Shown one piece after another: positions 9,333 to 18,750 of a stretch of DNA of 64,000 nt. The notes beneath the pieces are model-generated. The model searched no databases. It was not told where the DNA came from and saw only the letters and a program-made list of their open reading frames with translations. The stretch is taken from positions 121,879-185,878 of the forward strand of contig JAWCQE010000001.1 of NCBI GenBank assembly GCA_038869895.1, written 5' to 3'. Source of the stretch: Candidatus Pacearchaeota archaeon. Its GTDB lineage: Archaea > Nanobdellota > Nanobdellia > Pacearchaeales > GW2011-AR1. Made by a program: the position numbers and the translations under genes. Numbering within the stretch: position 1 is the first letter of the stretch; each line of letters opens with the position of its first letter.

Positions 9333-10091
9333 ATGGCAGTGATAGATCAAGTCCGTCAGTTGAAGAGTCAAGGGATGGGAGATTCAGAGATAATAGGAAT
9401 TTTGCAAGAACAAGGAATTTCTCCGAGGGAGATAAATGATGCACTAACACGTTCAAAAATAAAAGAGGCAGTTTATACAAATTCATTTGATGATGAATCA
9501 GAACAAGGAATGCAAGAAGGAATGGAGCCTTCAGTATTAAGTGAATATCAAGAAGCTCCTCTTGAGCCGCTTCCACAAGAAGGCCCCTATGCTCAGGAAA
9601 TTGGGTATGGTGGAAATTTAAATGCACCAATTCCCGGGCAAGCAGATTACTCACATTCTTCAGAAAAGTATCCTCAGGAATTTCAAGGTTATGGATATCC
9701 TGATGAAAATATTAGTCAATATCCTGCACAAAGTCAGGGATATTCTTCTCAAGATATGATTAGTGAGATTGCTGATCAAATGATTTCTGAAAAAACAAAA
9801 GATATTTTGAAAAAAATATCAGAACTATCTGAGATTAAAACACTTCTTTCTTCAAAAGTTGATAAAATAGACCAGAGGCTTACAAGAATAGAATCAATAA
9901 TAGACCAACTACAGGCTTCGCTTTTGAGAAATTCGACACAGCAAGAACAGACACTTTCAGACATAAAAACAGAGATGGAAATGATGCAAGAGAGTTTTTC
10001 AAAAGTACTTAATCCTTTAATTGATATTGAAAGAGAAATTGAAAGACCTAAAGTAAAGTCTAAAACTTACAAGAAACATACAAAAAAATAG
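9333..10091 (+). CDS. Hypothetical protein with a Q/Y/G/P-rich low-complexity region and a C-terminal coiled coil
   Basis: The ORF has a small N-terminal helical domain. A QGYG/YPQ-rich segment follows, then a coiled-coil C-terminus. Confidence 0.4.
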   Translation: MAVIDQVRQLKSQGMGDSEIIGILQEQGISPREINDALTRSKIKEAVYTNSFDDESEQGMQEGMEPSVLSEYQEAPLEPLPQEGPYAQEIGYGGNLNAPIPGQADYSHSSEKYPQEFQGYGYPDENISQYPAQSQGYSSQDMISEIADQMISEKTKDILKKISELSEIKTLLSSKVDKIDQRLTRIESIIDQLQASLLRNSTQQEQTLSDIKTEMEMMQESFSKVLNPLIDIEREIERPKVKSKTYKKHTKK

Positions 10092-10631
10092 TTATGGTTT
10101 TTTCCATGAAATCTCGTAATATGTCACATCCCCCTCGCTGTCAACAACTCCAATCAAGAGATTTTTATTTGTTGAATGCGCTACCCTATTCTTTGCTGAA
10201 AATTCATGCCATGTAAGTTCGTCACTTTCACTTACAGAATATAAAATCCATTTTGCATGTTCATTTTTAGGTTTTAAACCTTTGTCATAAACTCTGAAAT
10301 CAGCACCAAATTTTAAGGCAGTTTTCAATAAATATCCTTTATCTCTTAAGTCTTTGTAAGTAATATATTTTACAGAAATTTTCCTGTCAACTTTTTTACA
10401 TTTTTCCATTAATTGATTAAAATTGAGTTTTTTAGTATTTGTATAGACTTCCATTTTTTTCTTTTCAACTAAATATAGTGCTTCTGGTAATGAATAGTGG
10501 ATTTTTCCTGAAATATGTTCTCCAAAAAGCCTGTTTCCATAAAGTTCTTTTGCTTCTTTTGAACTTGAAACAATATATTCCTCACTGAAGAGTCCCCTTA
10601 TTAATTTTCTTTTAGTATTTTTTGCTGGCAT
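10092..10631 (-). CDS. endA: tRNA-splicing endonuclease (EndA)
   Basis: The catalytic C-terminal domain pattern is present: YITYKDLRDKGYLL...KFGADFRVYDKG...HAKWILYSV. The ~180-aa length fits the homotetrameric type. Confidence 0.8.
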   Translation of the reverse strand: MPAKNTKRKLIRGLFSEEYIVSSSKEAKELYGNRLFGEHISGKIHYSLPEALYLVEKKKMEVYTNTKKLNFNQLMEKCKKVDRKISVKYITYKDLRDKGYLLKTALKFGADFRVYDKGLKPKNEHAKWILYSVSESDELTWHEFSAKNRVAHSTNKNLLIGVVDSEGDVTYYEISWKKP

Positions 10632-10722
10632 AAAATTAAGAGAGAAATAAATTATTTAAATCTTAACTACATATTTACTATACTATCAAAAAATTTAAAT
10701 ACTATTAAAAGGAAACAAAATT

Positions 10723-10923
10723 ATGGGAAGGATAAAATCTATTGCAATAAAAAAAGCTGCAAAAGTCCTTATTTTGCGTGAACAGGGATTAACTCATAGT
10801 TTTGCAAAGAATAAAGAAATACTTAAAAAGTATGAATTCCCTGATAAAGGAACTAGGAATAAAATTGCCGGGTATATTTCAAGAGTAAAAAGATATGAAG
10901 AGCAGAAGAACATAAAGGGATAA
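10723..10923 (+). CDS. rps17e: 30S ribosomal protein S17e
   Basis: MGRIKSIAIKKAAKVL...NKIAGYISRV matches the S17e consensus (MG.ir...iKr.A...RNrIAGY). Confidence 0.8.
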   Translation: MGRIKSIAIKKAAKVLILREQGLTHSFAKNKEILKKYEFPDKGTRNKIAGYISRVKRYEEQKNIKG

Positions 10924-10924
10924 C

Positions 10925-11224
10925 ATGGATAAAGAGAATAACAAAAGAAGTGAAACGAATGAAATTTTCATAGGAAACAAACCTTTTATAAAATATGTTA
11001 TTGCGACAATGATGCAATTAAAGGATAATAATTCTGCTATAATTAAAGCTCGCGGGAAATTTATCTCAAGAGGAGTTGATGTTGCAGAAGTTGTAAAAAA
11101 ACGCCTTAAGGAAACAGAATCAATTGAATTGAAAAACCAGATAAAAACAGGAACAGAGGAATTTAAAAATACTGATGGCAAACAAATTAATATTTCTACA
11201 ATAGATATAATTTTAAGCAAATAA
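10925..11224 (+). CDS. albA: DNA/RNA-binding protein Alba
   Basis: IFIGNKPFIKYVIATMMQL...IIKARGKFISRGVDVAEVV matches the Alba fold signature. Confidence 0.85.
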   Translation: MDKENNKRSETNEIFIGNKPFIKYVIATMMQLKDNNSAIIKARGKFISRGVDVAEVVKKRLKETESIELKNQIKTGTEEFKNTDGKQINISTIDIILSK

Positions 11225-11455
11225 TTATTTTTTGTTTAGAAGTTTATCCAATTTTTTATTTGTTATATCAATTCCATCTTTGATGTTTTTCAGAAGCTTG
11301 AATCTTTTTAACTCTATTAAAAAATTGACTATCCATAGGATTACGTAAATTGCAATAACCCCTCCTAAAATCTGGAGAATTCTTGTTAATGTTTTAATAC
11401 TCTCTTCAAGAGGAGGAACATTGTTTATTAATCCTTGAATTACATTCTCTTCCAT
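11225..11455 (-). CDS. Small hypothetical membrane protein
   Basis: ORF with one predicted TM helix. Confidence 0.3.
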   Translation of the reverse strand: MEENVIQGLINNVPPLEESIKTLTRILQILGGVIAIYVILWIVNFLIELKRFKLLKNIKDGIDITNKKLDKLLNKK

Positions 11456-11525
11456 GGTATATTCTAAATAGGAAAAGCAATTTAAATAACTTTTTAAATT
11501 ATCTAAACAAGTTATAATAGCTTAC

Positions 11526-11597
11526 GGCTGCTTAGCTTAGTGGTAAAGCGCCGCTCTCATGAGGCGGAGATCCTGGGTTCAATCCCCAGAGCAGCCA
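11526..11597 (+). tRNA. tRNA-Met (anticodon CAT), elongator type
   Basis: Cloverleaf folded by hand. The acceptor stem is GGCTGCT/AGCAGCC, the anticodon loop is CTCATGA, and the T-loop is TTCAATC. G1:C72 suggests elongator rather than initiator. Confidence 0.85.
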
Positions 11598-11652
11598 TTT
11601 TAGATAATATTTTAATGTTCTCTTTTGTTCCATAAAAATAAGTTAAAAATCA

Positions 11653-12003
11653 TTATCCAATAATTTTGATGCCATCGTTTTTCCTTCTTGGAAGAAAGTG
11701 AAAATGAGCATGCATTATTACTTGTCCTGCAATGGGAAAATTATTTTGTAAGATATTAAATCCTTCAATGTCTTTTTCTTTCAATTTTTTTTCAGCAATT
11801 ATCTTAATAGTTTCAATAATCTCGTTGCCTAAACTTGTAGGCATATCCAATGAATTTGTAAAATGTTTTTTAGAAATTATTAAAGTGTGTCCTTTTGTTT
11901 TTGGATTAGCATCAGGAAAAGCAAGGAAATTCTTATTTTCATATATAATTTCTGTTTTTATTTCCTTATTTGCAATTTTACAGAAAATACAATCTTTCTC
12001 CAT
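11653..12003 (-). CDS. HIT-family hydrolase (histidine triad protein)
   Basis: HIT motif HAHFHFLPR is present. The Zn-ribbon-like N-terminus reads CIFCKI. Confidence 0.85.
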   Translation of the reverse strand: MEKDCIFCKIANKEIKTEIIYENKNFLAFPDANPKTKGHTLIISKKHFTNSLDMPTSLGNEIIETIKIIAEKKLKEKDIEGFNILQNNFPIAGQVIMHAHFHFLPRRKNDGIKIIG

Positions 12004-12057
12004 TTTTAATTAAAGAAAAGATTAAACTTTAAAAAAGTTGCTGTAATTAGTATTTAA

Positions 12058-12128
12058 GGGCACTTAGTTTAATGGTAAAACATTCGGCTGGCAGTCGAGT
12101 AATCCGCGTTCGATTCGCGGAGTGTCCA
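12058..12128 (+). tRNA. tRNA-Ala (anticodon GGC)
   Basis: Cloverleaf folded by hand. The G3:U70 alanine identity pair is present. The anticodon loop is CTGGCAG and the T-loop is TTCGATT. Confidence 0.8.
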
Positions 12129-12256
12129 TTTTAAATTTTATAAAAGTATGAGAATAAAGATGTAAAATTATGTAAATCTATTCGCTAGGTTAGCATTTAT
12201 GACAAGTCACTTTTTTTAACAAGGATATTTTTAAACCTATTTGATATATTTATATT

Positions 12257-12487
12257 ATGAGAACTCATTCATTAAATTCTATTTTGATTGTTCTTGGAAT
12301 TTTCTTATCTATTTTTATTCTTGCTTCTCTGACTAATTTTTCTCCCCCAAACAAAAAAGATGTAAGGTTAAGTGAAGATGATAGAGGAACTACAACTTAT
12401 GAGGCAACTGCCACAGGAATGACTTTAATCTCTTCATTGCAATCTTCAGCATCATCTAGTGGTGATAGTCAAATCAACCAGTTATAG
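12257..12487 (+). CDS. Hypothetical secreted protein (signal peptide); probably the N-terminal part of a frameshifted gene
   Basis: N-terminal signal-like hydrophobic segment. The 3' end overlaps the open upstream extension of the next Cys-rich ORF in another frame. Confidence 0.3.
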   Translation: MRTHSLNSILIVLGIFLSIFILASLTNFSPPNKKDVRLSEDDRGTTTYEATATGMTLISSLQSSASSSGDSQINQL

Positions 12488-12834
12488 ATTCTCCTAAGAG
12501 TGGTGATTTATGTTGTGGTGAAAGAAAACCTAAGGAAGTGTGGTGTGAGGACAATATATTTCACATATGTAAATCTGATTGTTTGATAGCAAAGGTAAAT
12601 TGTAGTGAATATGGAAAAATCTGCGGGATTAGTCCTCTTGATAAGGAATTATATGGTTCAGAAGAAATAAAATGCTGCTCTCCATGTCCTTATCCGGAAG
12701 GAACCAAAGTGTGTTCTTATGATAAAACTAAAATTTATGAGTGTGTTAAAGATTATCAATTAAAGCTAGCGGAAACTTGTCCTGATGGAAAAATATGTTT
12801 TGTTGATATAAATAATAATGCAGTTTGTATTTAA
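12469..12834 (+). CDS. Small cysteine-rich protein (frame open from 12469; first ATG at 12538)
   Basis: 16 Cys in ~100 aa (CC, CxxC-like spacings). No signal peptide of its own, so it may be fused to the upstream ORF by a frameshift. Confidence 0.35.
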   Translation, partial: SNQPVIDSPKSGDLCCGERKPKEVWCEDNIFHICKSDCLIAKVNCSEYGKICGISPLDKELYGSEEIKCCSPCPYPEGTKVCSYDKTKIYECVKDYQLKLAETCPDGKICFVDINNNAVCI

Positions 12835-12919
12835 AGCCTTATTTTCTTATCAATCATATCTAAATAAAAACCCTTATAAAGCAGAATTCTTTTAATTATG
12901 TGTTAACATATTATTAGGA

Positions 12920-12979
12920 ATATGTAAAATAATATGTTAAATAATATGTAAAATAATATGTTAAATAATATGAATATTA
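12920..12979. repeat. Tandem 12-bp repeat ATATGT(A/T)AAATA x ~5, overlapping the start of the wHTH gene
   Basis: Read directly from the sequence. The units alternate ATATGTAAAATA and ATATGTTAAATA, and each contains an ATG. Confidence 0.85.
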
Positions 12980-13155
12980 ATAATAAAGAGATATTAGATT
13001 TTGTAAAAAGTAAAAAGATAGTTACAAGTTCAGAAGTTGCGAAAAAATTTAATATTTCATGGAATACTGCAGATAAATATCTTCTTGAACTCGCATTTAA
13101 TGATAAAATCGAAAGAATTAAAAAAGAAGGGGTGAATTTATGGATTTTAAAATAA
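12958..13155 (+). CDS. Small winged-helix DNA-binding protein (putative transcriptional regulator)
   Basis: 65 aa. The pattern (ILDFVKSKKIVTSSEVAKKFNISWNTADKYLLELAFNDKIERI) is typical of wHTH proteins of the MarR/ArsR/TrmB-N type. The true start may be the ATG at 12970. Confidence 0.55.
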   Translation: MLNNMNINNKEILDFVKSKKIVTSSEVAKKFNISWNTADKYLLELAFNDKIERIKKEGVNLWILK

Positions 13156-13970
13156 AAAGTCAGATAAGTAAAAAATCAGCTTGCAAGAAAGGACAGGTGA
13201 CAATTTTTGTTATTATCTCTCTTCTTCTTGTTGTTGCAATAATCCTATTATTTATCCTTTACAAAAATCAGCAGATTCCTGGAGTAAGAGTCGAAAAAAC
13301 TTCTGGCGAGGAACTCGAGTCTTGTATTAAATCTTATCTTGAAGAAGCAGTCGATTTAATTTTTGAAAATTCTGGGTATATTGAACTGCCGGAATTAACT
13401 TATCAAATAAGAAATATTTATGGATATTACAAACAAGAAAATGAAAAGAAAATCCCTTATTTGTGTTATACTGCAATTAATTATGTAAGATGCATTCCGC
13501 AAGAGCCTTTTTTTGTAAACCATATAGAAGATGAAATAAAAAATTTCATAATTCCAAAAGTTGAGATATGTTTTGAGAATTTAAGGAATAGATTGCAAGA
13601 AAGAAATTATGAAACAATGTTTGGTATAACAAAAAATTTAGATGTTGAATTAAATGAAAGAGGAGTCCAAATTTATATTGAAAAAGAAATTTCGCAAACA
13701 AAAGCAGAGAAAGAAGAACGTTTTAGCGAATTTAAGTCTAATTATAAGACAAGATTGTATGATGTAGCAAAAATATCTGAAAAAATTATCACAGAGGAGG
13801 TTAAATTTTGCAATTCTGATTATGTTGAAGTGATGAGAAATAATAAATTAATTGAAATAACAAAATTTCAGACAGGAGATGATGTTAAAGTTTATTCTGT
13901 TAAGGATTTACCTTCAAAGAAAGAATTTAAATTTGCTGTAAGGAACTGTGTCCTTGCAACTCCATCTTAA
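13140..13970 (+). CDS. Pilin-like protein (class III signal peptide-like), cassette copy 1
   Basis: N-terminal KKGQVTIFVIISLLLVVAIILLFIL. It is a paralog of 17913..18734 (shared LCYT and KFAVRN/NFAVRS blocks). Confidence 0.55.
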   Translation: MDFKIKSQISKKSACKKGQVTIFVIISLLLVVAIILLFILYKNQQIPGVRVEKTSGEELESCIKSYLEEAVDLIFENSGYIELPELTYQIRNIYGYYKQENEKKIPYLCYTAINYVRCIPQEPFFVNHIEDEIKNFIIPKVEICFENLRNRLQERNYETMFGITKNLDVELNERGVQIYIEKEISQTKAEKEERFSEFKSNYKTRLYDVAKISEKIITEEVKFCNSDYVEVMRNNKLIEITKFQTGDDVKVYSVKDLPSKKEFKFAVRNCVLATPS

Positions 13971-13971
13971 A

Positions 13972-16900
13972 ATGAATAAAAAGTTTATCGCAGGAATTGA
14001 AATTTTTCTTGTCATAAGCATGGCTGTTTCATTTTCATGGATTCTAGGAAATATTTATGGGACTTCTCCAGATATAAAAAGTTTATTAGAATTTATAACA
14101 ATAATTCCAAGTGTTTCTGCCCAAACAACTACATCATGTTGTCTTAATTTGAAAAGCGGAGCCAGTTGTACTGACATTCCATCTGATTCATGTTCTGATA
14201 TTTGTGATGGAAATTGTGTTTCAGGGACAACATGTTCTCAACTAAGGGAATGCAATCTTGGATGTGGATTTAATTCTGATGAAGGAACATGCACTCCAAA
14301 TACTCCAAGGGTACTATGTGAAGGAGATGAGGGCTGTGAATTTCTTGATGACCCTTTTTGCAACAATCAAAAATGTGAAATTGGATGTTGTGTTCTTGGA
14401 TTGAGTGCGAATTTGGAGACGAGAACTGGATGTGAAATACAATCTTTAAGAAGAGGAGTATCATTTGAATTTGACAGTTCAATAAAAGATGGCGTTCAAT
14501 GTTTGAATAAGGGTAAAACAAGTGAGGGAGCTTGTGTTGTAAATTTTGGAGAAGAAAAAAATAACTGCATTTTTACAACACAAAGTGAGTGTGTCAACAA
14601 TATAAAAGGAGTTTTTTATGAAGGCTATCTTTGTTCTCATCCAGAACTTAAAACAATATGTGTGAAGCAGTCAAGAGTAAGTTGTTTTGACAATAGGGAT
14701 GAGGTATATTGGTATGATTCATGTGGGAATAGAGAAAATATTTATTCATCAAATAGGGCAAGTTCATGGAATAATGGATTCGTCTTATCGAAAGAGAAAT
14801 CATGCAATCCTAATTCTTCAAATGAAAATTCAGGAAGCTGTGGAAATTGTAATTATAATCTTGGAAGTATATGCGGAGAGTTTAGGCCTGGAGTTGATTC
14901 TGGAAATATGGAAGGTTATACTTGTAGAAATTTAAACTGCATTGATTCAAAAGGAAAACAAAGAACAAACGGAGAATCATGGTGTGTTTATGATGGAACT
15001 ATAGGCGGAGGAAGTATACTTGAAGGGAAGAGTGGGGGATTATTATCAAAAATAGCTGGAGGATTATTGGAGGGAGAGGTTGCATTATTAAGCACTGATT
15101 TAGTAGGGAGCAGACATTTTAGGCAGGTATGTGTTAATGGAAAAGTAGAGGTAGAACCATGCGCTGATTATAGGAAGGAGATATGTGTCCAGAATGATAA
15201 ATCCCTTGATAATGGAAGAAAGATTGATAATGCAATATGTAGGATGAATTTATGGGAACAATGTATTTCATACAATCAAGGAAATGAGGGATGTGGGCCA
15301 GGATGTTTAACCAAATGTGTGAAAAATCCAGATTGTAGGATTCATCCTGTTTTTGTTGACTCTCGTTTTAAATTTAATGCTTGTGTCCCAAAATATCCTC
15401 CTGGATTTGATTTAGGAAGTACAAGCGGAGTAGATAGTTTTGTAAGAAATTATGTATCAAGTTCTATTAGTGATTTGGATGGAGGTGGGGTTCTTTCAAA
15501 ATTATCAGGAAGTTTAAGTTCTGAGAATTCTGCAGGAAGCATTTGTTCTTTAGCATCGCAAAAATGCACTAGTATATGGACTAAGACATGCGGACTATCA
15601 GGAATTCATTGGGAATGCACGAAAAACTGCAAATGCCATACTGAATCTTTTACAATTCAGATGAATAATCTTTGTGTTTCTCTTGGAGATTGTGGAGTTT
15701 ATGCAAATTATGAAGGAAAGGTTACTCCTGGTGGAGCTTATGTAACAAAGAAAGGAGGACATGGAAGGACCCCTCTACAACCATTTATTTTGATTCCAGT
15801 TTATGCTGTTTTAGTTAAAATATTAAAACCAACTCCTCCAAGTGGTGGATTTTTTCGAGATGAGAAAGACATAGTGAATTTTCCAACTGAAATTATTGAT
15901 CCATTCTTAGGAGGGTATAATAGAATAGATGTAGGGAAACTGCCAAGTCAGTTGGATAATATGCTTGGAAGCCAGTTAGGAACAACTATCGGAGCAGGAG
16001 TTGCTGGAGGACTTGTAGGAGGGGTAGTTGCAGGACTAGGAGGAGTTACAGCTGCAGGTCTTGGAGTTATTGGGGCTGCTACACAAGGAATATTATGGGC
16101 ACCAATTATTTTTCCAACAGGGGGGGTGGGTATGTTACAAATACCAGTTACTTTTTATGCTCCCACTAACAATATCCTTTCAACTGTATTTCACGGACAT
16201 TATTTAGGTAAACCATTTTTCGGATTTGATCCTTTATCAATTGCAATTGGAATCGCAGTTGGAATCGCGATTACTTATCTTATTGGATGTGGAAAAGTTA
16301 AGACAGTTGATATCAAATTTCAGTGTTTACCTTGGCAAAGGCCAAAAGGCGGGACTGATTGTGAGAAATGTGATGATGACCCTTTGAAACCATGTTCAAG
16401 GTATAGGTGTGAATCTCTTGGAGCAAGATGCACTTTGATAAATGAAGGAAAAGGAGATGTATGCGTAAGTGTTTCTGGGGAAAGTTCTATACCAGTAATT
16501 AGTCCATGGGAAGAGATACTCAATACCTCTTTTTATAGGTATGAAGACATAAGTCCTAATGGATTTAAAATAAGAACAAAAGATGGACAGTGTATACAGG
16601 CATTTACTTATTTAGTTTTTGGAGTTGAAACAGATGTTTATTCGGAGTGTTTCTGGAGTTTAGAACCATTTGCATATGAAAATAAATCAGAGGCAAATTT
16701 ATTTTTAGAAGGAAATCTTTTAACTAAAAATCATACAATGCTAACTTTATTGCCAAGTGTTGAAAGTTTATTGGCTAATGAAATTAATAACCAAGAAGAA
16801 TTGGGACAGGCATTGGAAACAACAACAGAACAGGACATCAGCGCCAGGCAATACATATTAAATCGATTAGGAGATTTAAATATCTATGTAAAATGCGCAA

Positions 16901-17898
16901 ACCTTGATGGAAAAGCCAACGACCAGGATTATAAAATAAACTTCTGTGTGTCTCCTGGGCCAGATATACAAGAACCGGTAATAATTGCGTCTTCTCCTCC
17001 GCAGAACAACTTCACAAAATTTGATGCAACAGAACAAGAAGCTTTCTTTTTTATTTCAGAACCAGCTGAATGTAGATGGGATAGTACGAGGCAAGTTATA
17101 TCAAATGAATTAGAATCATATAATTCATTGAGAAATGAAATGGAATGTAGTGTTGATTTAGATGAAAGTACAATACTTGGATGGCCGTGCAATGCAACTC
17201 TTCCAATAACAGGCGAGGAAAATAGATTTTTTATTCAATGTCGAGACCAGCCGTGGCTTGGAAATAATAACTCAAGAAACATAGGAGACATTTTTGAATA
17301 TTCGTTAAAAAGAAGTAATTCTGAATTAAAAATAACTTCTATTAAACCTAATGAAAAAGTCTTTGCAGGAAGTGAACCTATTATGATTGAATTGGAAGTT
17401 GAGACATCAGGAGGAGTTGAAAATGGAAACGCTTTCTGCAAATATAGTTTTGACAATAATCAATTTGTAAATTTCAGAATTACAGGCGAGAAAGTTCATA
17501 GCCAAATTCTAAATCAGATGAGAAAAGGAGATTATAAAGTTTATATTCAGTGTAATGATTTTGCAGGAAATGTTGCAGAAGGCATTGGGGAGTTCTCATT
17601 AGAACTTGATACTAAAGCCCCTGTTATAACAAGAGTTTTTAGTAATGCTAACACTTTATTCATTACAACAGATGAAGAGGCAAAGTGTTTTTATAAGAAT
17701 GAATCTGATGTAGGATGTAATTTTCCGTTAAATAATGTTACTGAATTTAATATTACTGAATTTACAAAGAATGGAAATATTCACTCAACTCCTTTAATAA
17801 AAGGAAAGAGTTACTATATAAAATGCGAAGATATTTGGAGCAATAGAGCTGAGAGTTGTTCTATTGTTGTAAGGAGTTTTGAAAATTTTGCAAGTTAA
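13972..17898 (+). CDS. Giant cysteine-rich extracytoplasmic/membrane protein (1308 aa), cassette copy 1 (fused form)
   Basis: Signal peptide cleaved before AQTTTSCC. An extensive Cys-rich N-half follows, then a Gly-rich hydrophobic segment (GAGVAGGLVGGVVAGLGGVTAAGLGVIGAA). After it comes a CLPWQRPKGGTDCEKCDDD...PCSRYRCESLG motif and repeated Ig-like modules (NFCVSPGPD, DTKAPVITRV). Start refined to the in-frame ATG at 13972. Confidence 0.7.
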   Translation: MNKKFIAGIEIFLVISMAVSFSWILGNIYGTSPDIKSLLEFITIIPSVSAQTTTSCCLNLKSGASCTDIPSDSCSDICDGNCVSGTTCSQLRECNLGCGFNSDEGTCTPNTPRVLCEGDEGCEFLDDPFCNNQKCEIGCCVLGLSANLETRTGCEIQSLRRGVSFEFDSSIKDGVQCLNKGKTSEGACVVNFGEEKNNCIFTTQSECVNNIKGVFYEGYLCSHPELKTICVKQSRVSCFDNRDEVYWYDSCGNRENIYSSNRASSWNNGFVLSKEKSCNPNSSNENSGSCGNCNYNLGSICGEFRPGVDSGNMEGYTCRNLNCIDSKGKQRTNGESWCVYDGTIGGGSILEGKSGGLLSKIAGGLLEGEVALLSTDLVGSRHFRQVCVNGKVEVEPCADYRKEICVQNDKSLDNGRKIDNAICRMNLWEQCISYNQGNEGCGPGCLTKCVKNPDCRIHPVFVDSRFKFNACVPKYPPGFDLGSTSGVDSFVRNYVSSSISDLDGGGVLSKLSGSLSSENSAGSICSLASQKCTSIWTKTCGLSGIHWECTKNCKCHTESFTIQMNNLCVSLGDCGVYANYEGKVTPGGAYVTKKGGHGRTPLQPFILIPVYAVLVKILKPTPPSGGFFRDEKDIVNFPTEIIDPFLGGYNRIDVGKLPSQLDNMLGSQLGTTIGAGVAGGLVGGVVAGLGGVTAAGLGVIGAATQGILWAPIIFPTGGVGMLQIPVTFYAPTNNILSTVFHGHYLGKPFFGFDPLSIAIGIAVGIAITYLIGCGKVKTVDIKFQCLPWQRPKGGTDCEKCDDDPLKPCSRYRCESLGARCTLINEGKGDVCVSVSGESSIPVISPWEEILNTSFYRYEDISPNGFKIRTKDGQCIQAFTYLVFGVETDVYSECFWSLEPFAYENKSEANLFLEGNLLTKNHTMLTLLPSVESLLANEINNQEELGQALETTTEQDISARQYILNRLGDLNIYVKCANLDGKANDQDYKINFCVSPGPDIQEPVIIASSPPQNNFTKFDATEQEAFFFISEPAECRWDSTRQVISNELESYNSLRNEMECSVDLDESTILGWPCNATLPITGEENRFFIQCRDQPWLGNNNSRNIGDIFEYSLKRSNSELKITSIKPNEKVFAGSEPIMIELEVETSGGVENGNAFCKYSFDNNQFVNFRITGEKVHSQILNQMRKGDYKVYIQCNDFAGNVAEGIGEFSLELDTKAPVITRVFSNANTLFITTDEEAKCFYKNESDVGCNFPLNNVTEFNITEFTKNGNIHSTPLIKGKSYYIKCEDIWSNRAESCSIVVRSFENFAS

Positions 17899-17912
17899 AT
17901 TTATAAAGAAAT

Positions 17913-18734
17913 TTGTTTTTAGAAGGTAATAGAATGATTAAATCAAAAAACAAAAGAGGACAGACAACAATCTTTGTTATCTTAGCAGTAGTTATTGTTG
18001 CAGTCATAGTGATTTTTTTTGCAGTTACGGATATAGGGAGAGAAACTTTTGAAAAAATCTCTAATATTGTTGGCAGTGATGAGATTAATGTTAAAGAAGA
18101 ATTGAATAAATGTTTTATTGATAACAGCGAAATCAATAAAAAAATAAATCTAATTATGTCACAGGGAGGAAGTATTGAACCTTCTTTATTTTTTCTTCAT
18201 AATGGAACGAAATTAAGTTATTTATGTTATACTAATGAATTTTATAAGACATGTGTAAATCAGCAGCCTTTAATATTACAACATACAAAGAATGAGATAA
18301 ATAGGGCAATTCTTCCAGAAATAGATAAATGTATTTCTTCATTAAAAGCCAATTTTGAAAAAAGAGGATATCAAATAAGAGGACAGAATTTCGAGAGTTC
18401 AATAGATATAATTCACAACAACATAATTATTAAAATAAATTTCCCTCTAACTATCAAAAAGGGGGATTTAACACAGACATTTGAAAATTTTGAAATAAAA
18501 AAACATAGCCAGTATTATCAATTATTAAGTGTTGCAACATCAATTGTAAATTTTGAATCCCAATATGGCGATAGTGATCCAGTTTTATATATGTCTCTTT
18601 ATCCGAATACAAGAGTTGAAAAATTAAAACAAGGAGATGGGACAACAATTTATAAGATTAGTGATAGGGAAACAATGGAAACTTTTAACTTTGCTGTAAG
18701 AAGTTTGGCTTTGCCTATAGGATATGGATTATAA
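17913..18734 (+). CDS. Pilin-like protein (class III signal peptide), cassette copy 2
   Basis: N-terminal MIKSKNKRGQTTIFVILAVVIVAVIVIFFAV. Paralog of 13140..13970. Confidence 0.55.
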   Translation: MFLEGNRMIKSKNKRGQTTIFVILAVVIVAVIVIFFAVTDIGRETFEKISNIVGSDEINVKEELNKCFIDNSEINKKINLIMSQGGSIEPSLFFLHNGTKLSYLCYTNEFYKTCVNQQPLILQHTKNEINRAILPEIDKCISSLKANFEKRGYQIRGQNFESSIDIIHNNIIIKINFPLTIKKGDLTQTFENFEIKKHSQYYQLLSVATSIVNFESQYGDSDPVLYMSLYPNTRVEKLKQGDGTTIYKISDRETMETFNFAVRSLALPIGYGL

Positions 18735-18750
18735 ATTCAAATAGTTAAAA

